Shown here: one piece after another, positions 58,203 to 64,000 of the stretch | Layout: each line of letters starts with the position of its first letter | How positions within the stretch are numbered: the stretch's first letter is position 1 | Assembly (NCBI RefSeq): GCF_009914755.1 | Contig: NC_060927.1 | Length of the DNA stretch: 64,000 nt | Reading direction: 5' to 3' (one strand) | Origin: the human T2T-CHM13v2.0 reference genome, Homo sapiens | Notes under the pieces: generated by a model | What the model was told of the DNA's origin: nothing | Databases searched by the model: none | The model's input: only the letters and a program-made list of their open reading frames with translations | Made by a program: the position numbers and the translations under genes

Positions 58203-59749
58203 ATCTAAACCATGTAAATCAGCCTATAGTTTATAATTTATCAACAAGAAAGCTTCAAATTCCATTGAGTTCACTCACAGTGAGAAAGATCATGTTTGCC
58301 AGTTGATAGAAAAATCAAGCTGCTTTGGCTTTTGTAGTTCTTACTGGGGGAAAAAACAAAACATCAATTAGTATTCTGATTTTATACATAAACTTTTGAG
58401 AATTTTGTTAGCTTGAGTCATCTGCAAGATTATTCAAATTTGGGATCTAAACAGATCAATTTTGTAGGCTGCACAGCCTACTCAAAAAGATATGTGGCCT
58501 TTATACTGGCCTTTCCAAGTGGCAGCCCACACATTTAATTTCCAACATAGTAGCCTCAGTATTCTCTAAGTAGCATTTTTCTTCAAAAAATTGGCAGAAA
58601 TAAAATAATTTTTATAAACCAGAGATATTATTAAAACTAATTTCATTTTACATTTGAAGTCCTTGGTTATTTAAACAGTAGAACAACTCTGAGATATTTG
58701 TCAGCATCTTTTCCTTCACCCAGGTTAAAAAAGTCAATAAATCCACTTAAAGATACAGAAGATGCCCAGTCTAAATAGCTTATTTTTCTGATACATTTTA
58801 AGGCTAAAAAATAGTCACTAGGTTGTTTGGAATTGTTTTATGAGTTTTCATATGGAACTTGTTATTTAATTTTGCATACTATCAAGACTTTACCTAGATT
58901 TTGTAAGTCTGGTGCCAGATATCATGCACATGAAGGCAAAAAGAAATGTTAAATTGGACTTGAAGTTAAACAAACATTTGAATATTTATACCTAAAATTA
59001 TTTTCTTCAAAATACTTGAGATTCAAATCCACAATATGTGATAACTTCTTGCCATTTAGAAAAAAATATTGTTTTAGAATACATCTAAGCTTGAGAAAAT
59101 AAATAGTACTTGTCAGTCATATTTACTGTTTCTGCACACACAGTCACATACACATATACATACAAGAAGCTCCTATTTTGAACCCAAAGCAATATTATGT
59201 TATATGGAACATTCTTCTTCTTAATCCTTTAAAGATAAGAAACAGTTCTTATGGGAAAAACATATATATATATATATGTATATATATAATTATAATTATC
59301 AGTTCATATATATGAAACTAGAATAATTACAAATAATTTTTGTCTATGTAACAAAATGTCTAATTTCTTAAGTGAATAACTTAAAATATATATTTATTAA
59401 TAAACTGGGCATAAATTGTTTTAGTTAGCTAGAATCAATTGCATTTCAATTCTGATACAATTTTTTTTTCTATGATATGAACATATAAATTAGAAGACTA
59501 TTGTTTGCCCCTATCTCTAGTTCTCTCCCCAAATCAAAGGTAGTATTGGCATTCCCATCATCACTCAATATTCCTACTCTCCCTGGCTTGTTCATTTATT
59601 GGTTGACCCACTGTAATATTAATTTGCAAGTATATATTTTTTCATAAAGTTATGTAGACTTGGCTTTAGTAAAGTCCTTCCAGAAATGCGAAGAACTAAA
59701 TCTATCTGCAGAGCATTTAAAAAAAAAAAAGGCTATATAACAATTCTAA

Positions 59750-60352
59750 AGATCAAAAGAAAGCTTTCTCTTTGCCCTGTAAAGGTTTCCTGAAAATAAA
59801 CTGACAATAGGCAGATCAATAGGAGGAAAAGGCATACAAATGTATTTAATGTACATAAGCATGGAGGAATCACAGGAGGATAATTACCCAATAAGCTAAT
59901 GAGGTCGAGATGTATGTATACTCCTCTTAATAGGGGAAGAGGAGATGTCCATTTTGAAATGTAAATAATTTTTAGGGGGAATAAATGAGTCTAATCCTCA
60001 GAGGGTAGTTGATAAATAATTTTCTTGGGGAATTCAATGGGACCAGAGAACAGAGTTCATTTGAGTTTTGGGTGTTGTGTTTAATTTTCAGTTTCTTCCT
60101 CTGTGATCTGAGTTTTAATCTTCTCTTGTTAATGACATTTCAGGGAGGGGATTGAAGGCAATTGTATTCTTCTTTGGTGTGTCTGGTTTCGACGTAAATA
60201 AGTAAACTTCAGAGAACAGCCTAATTTCTTTCCTGGGGAGAGACAGGGGACTGAGAGGCAGGAGAGGGAGGGAAGAGAGACCTCCAGCCTGCTTCTTTAG
60301 TTCAGCAAGTCAAAGTGCCATATTTTAAGGTATTGTTTTCTGAGCCCCAACA
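59750..60352 (-). mobile_element. MER39/MER39B-like LTR
   Basis: The right end is the reverse complement of tgttggggctcagaaaac, the same start as the LTR at 31643; left boundary approximate. Confidence 0.72.
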
Positions 60353-60467
60353 CAATAAAAAATGCTCTAAACATTTTCACATAAAAGCTTTTCTCTGATC
60401 TACTTAATAAAACCTGACTAACTTATTTAATTGGGTTACACAAATGTTTGCAAACTTTTTTATGTAT

Positions 60468-61191
60468 TGTCAGTCATCCAATGGGTTCTTCTTACCCACT
60501 GCCCAGACAGAGCCTATCATGACCTGGAGAACTGCAATAAAGAAAGAGTAATTCATGCAGAGCCAGTTGTATGGGGATCAGAGTTTTATTATTACTCAAA
60601 TCAGTCTCACAGAAGATTCATGAATTGGGGTTTTCAAGGATAATTTGGTGGGTAGGGCACCAGTGAGTCAGGAATGCTAATTGGTTGGGTGGGAGATAAC
60701 ATCATAGGGAGTCGAAACTGTCCTCTGGCACTGAGTCAGTTCCTGGGTCAGGGCCACAAGACCAGATGAGCTAGTTTATTGGCCTGGGTGGTTCCAGCTG
60801 ATCCATTAAGTTCAGGGTCTGGAAAGTATCTAAAGCACTGACCTTAGGTCTTACAATAGTGATGTTATTATCAGGAACAATTTGGAGAAGGTCAGAATTT
60901 TGTTGCCTCCAGTTGCATAACTCCAAAATTGCTAATCCTGTGGCTAATTTGATAGTCCTACAAAAGGCAGTCTAGTACCCAGGCAGGAAGGGGGCTTCTT
61001 TTGAGAAAGGACTGTTATCACCTTTGTTTCAAAGTTAAACTATAAACTAAGTTCCTCCCAAAGTTAGTTGGGCATATGCCCAGGAATAAGCAAGGACAGC
61101 TTGGAGGTTAGAAGTTAGATGGAGTTGGTTAGGTCAGATCTCTTTCACTGTAATAATTTTCTCAGTTATAATTTTTGCAAAGACAGTGTCA
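60468..61191 (-). mobile_element. LTR8A-like ERV1 solo LTR
   Basis: Reverse start 'tgacactgtctttgcaaaaattataactgagaaaattattacagtgaaagagatctgacc'; 'gagttttattattactcaaatcagtctc'; TSD g(t/c)at. Confidence 0.85.
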
Positions 61192-61348
61192 GCATGTTCT
61201 TATACTTGTTATCTGACTTAAATTGTCATTTTGAAAAAAGTTTAATGTATTTTTACCATTTCAAATATCCTCTTTAAACATTTTGGAGTACAAAACCGAT
61301 AAAAAATGAAGATTATTAATTGCCTGGAAAAATTACAGAAAATAAGAC

Positions 61349-62110
61349 TGAGGACTAAACTCTGAAATTTTTATCTTGCCAAAATTCCTATCTTAGTGGT
61401 CTGAGGAGTCACGCCCTACAAATCATAAATTCTCATCAGATGGATTTTATTTAACCCTATGAATCATGACTTACTTTCCAACCTGACTCTGGCATAACAT
61501 TACGAGACAAGGAATAAAGTCAAAATATTTTACCCCAAAGCATGTTTCTTTGCCATATTTCAAAATAGCCGTGCAAGGCTGTTTTTGTGTGTGTTTGTTT
61601 TGTTTTGTTTTGTGGGGGAAATTTGCATCTGTAGAGAATATTAGCATGGCTAGATCTTTTCCTTCCAGACCCTCACAATCCTAAAGAGATTAACTAAGAT
61701 CTGAATAGGAAACATTTGTCATCTATTGTCTCTAAGGGCAACCACTATAAGACTTCAAAAGAACGTTGGTCTCCACAATTTTTGTCTTAACCTGAATATT
61801 CCCTTTCTATCCCAGGTCTTAGACAAACTCAACAAATTGTCAATCAGAAAATGTTCAAACTTACTTATAGCCTGAAAGCCCCTACTTTGAGTTGTCCCCC
61901 TTTCTGGACCAAACCAATGTATTTCTTAAATGTATTTGATTGATGTGTCATGCCTCTCTAAAATGTAAAAAGCCAAGCTGCGCCCCAACCATCTTGAGCA
62001 CATGTTCTCAGGACCTCCTGAGGGCTGTGTCATGGACCATTGGTCACTCATATTTGGCTTAGAATAAATCTCTTCAAATATTTCACAGGGCTTGACTATT
62101 TTTGTCAATA
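61349..62110 (+). mobile_element. MER4E-like ERV1 solo LTR
   Basis: Starts tgaggactaaactctg...; 'aataaatctcttcaaatattt' near the end; 4-bp TSD agac. Confidence 0.85.
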
Positions 62111-63467
62111 AGACAATATTTTCTTAAAACAAACAAACAATGATATAATATATTCCTGAAAATTGTTCATATCTCCATTGGGTAATATGAATTTGGCTCA
62201 ATCTTCTTCATGTAGGTAGTTTTTAATGTTTTATTCTATTTAAAACTATTTCTGAAAAAGATAAGATACGTAAAGGAGAAGATATATACAAGAGCTACAT
62301 GCAAAGCAAAAATGTAAGCTACGTACAATAAGCTAATAGGAGTCTGTTTCCCTTAAACATTTCATATTCAGTATATGCTAAAATTCTTGGGAGAGATCAT
62401 TGAGAAATGAAATGAACCAAGAAGAAAGATTGAATCCTACTACTAAGATAAGCAAATATATCAGAATGAGCATAACTCAATCTTACATGTAATTTTCTCT
62501 ATAGGAAACCCTAAAGGGTATTTGTTTCTATCTGAAGATTTTTAGAAAAAATAAATGAAACTGAAAGAAAAAGGAGAGAAGAAATTATTTGATTAAATCT
62601 GCTAATATTTTCAAGTGGTTGGTCAGAACTCTTATGCATACATTACATTTATTTTTATCTTATCTCAGGATTAAGTTATACTCTGTGAAATTGAGGATAC
62701 ATGTGTGCACTTTTTTGTTGTTTTTGTTTTATTGGACTAATCTGGATAAAAACAGAAGATATCCAGCATTTCTGGCAACTCATCCAGAAATTCTCAGCTT
62801 GTTCCATAAGAATAACCTGGATTCCACAAAGAAGCCTATCCTTCATGGTATTAAGTGAGAGTGAATATGTATTTTCATTCTTATGACCTCATCAAGCAAA
62901 TTGTAGATAATTGCACTTCAAAACTGAGATTGAATATGTACATACAAACTTAATACAATTTCATATTTCATTCCTGTTTAGTGAAATAGACTTAAACCTT
63001 CTAAAAGAATTTGCAAAAGGTAAATGTGAACATTTTCTATGAATAGGAATGTAATAATATCCATAGATCATTAAATTCACACACACACACAAACTCACAT
63101 ACATACACAAACATTTTTGTGATTTCTTAGCTATTTCTGTAAAACTTTTACTCATCTTTCTGGATCCAACTTTACAAATAATTTCTACACTAAATAGAAA
63201 TTAGCACCCCCAAATTCACATTAGCCTAGGCTTAAAAATTGTCCTACTACAGTCACAGAATAGTATCTCTGGTGTTACCTGCAATCCCATTCCCCATTCA
63301 TGTAAACCAGCTTTATTTTAAATTGATTGGGGGGGGGGTCCTCACTTACATTTTGATCTGTTAGATAAACTATGCTTTCTTTGTGGATCTAGCTCTTCTT
63401 ACTCAGTCTTTTTAAAAGATAGCTCCTATTGTTTCTCCTGTTAAAAAAGAAAAAACAACAATTCTGT

Positions 63468-63710
63468 GAGGCTGAGGAGAGAGAATTGCTTGAGGCCAGC
63501 TGGGAGGCCAGCCTGAGCAACATAGTAAGAGTTCATCTCTATTGAAAAAAAAAATTAGCTGGGTATGATGGTGAGCACCTAAACTCTCAGCTATTCAGGA
63601 GGCTGACGTGGAAAGATAGCTTGACCCCAGGAGTTTCATGTTGCAACGAGCTATGATTGCCCCACTGCGCTCCAGCCTGAGTGTTAGAGCAAGAGCTCAT
63701 ACCAAACAAA
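63468..63710 (+). mobile_element. AluJ(o), 5' end missing
   Basis: 'gaattgcttgaggccag...agcctgagcaacatagtaaga...gagctatgattgccccactg'. Confidence 0.85.
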
Positions 63711-64000
63711 TAGTAATAATAACATATATCATAAGACTTTGTCAATCAAATAAATTACATTTTCTATTTATGCCCTCCAAAATTGATGATATTTTTGAAA
63801 CTCAGATGGGTTGCTAATGCTTCACAGTGGGTGAGTAATCTGTGTGTCCATCTGTGTGAAGGTCACATATATTGGCCATAATTATCCACTAATCCTGCCA
63901 AGACTTTTGGAACCAATGTTAATAAATAGGTATTCAATTTACCTAAAATATTTCTAAAAATACTTTCAATCGTTTTCTCTTAAGTCTCAGGTATAAATTT

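Overview
Gene-poor, AT-rich, repeat-dense human genomic DNA (intergenic or deep intronic). An AluYb8 at 46132, a human-specific subfamily, identifies the species. No host protein-coding exon, RNA gene or CpG island is supported; the ORFs with recognisable products are L1 ORF1/ORF2, Alu or LTR read-throughs, and the rest are short chance ORFs. The window holds about nine primate L1PA-type pieces (four with 5'-inversions), eight Alus, a complete THE1 provirus interrupted by a 4-kb L1, several solo LTRs (MER52-, THE1D-, LTR6-, MER39-, MLT2B-, MER57-, LTR8A- and MER4E-like), old ERVL/L2/MIR/MER5A relics and a ~1.1-kb AT-rich minisatellite built from a perfect 22-bp palindrome. I did not find a new gene system. 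The most unusual signal is that two otherwise diverged L1 copies 21.3 kb apart share perfectly identical tracts of 101 and 176 bp, including the same ORF2 frameshift, separated by a ~20%-divergent stretch. This suggests local non-allelic gene conversion, or an assembly artefact. Subfamily names come from recalled consensus sequences and need RepeatMasker/Dfam confirmation.
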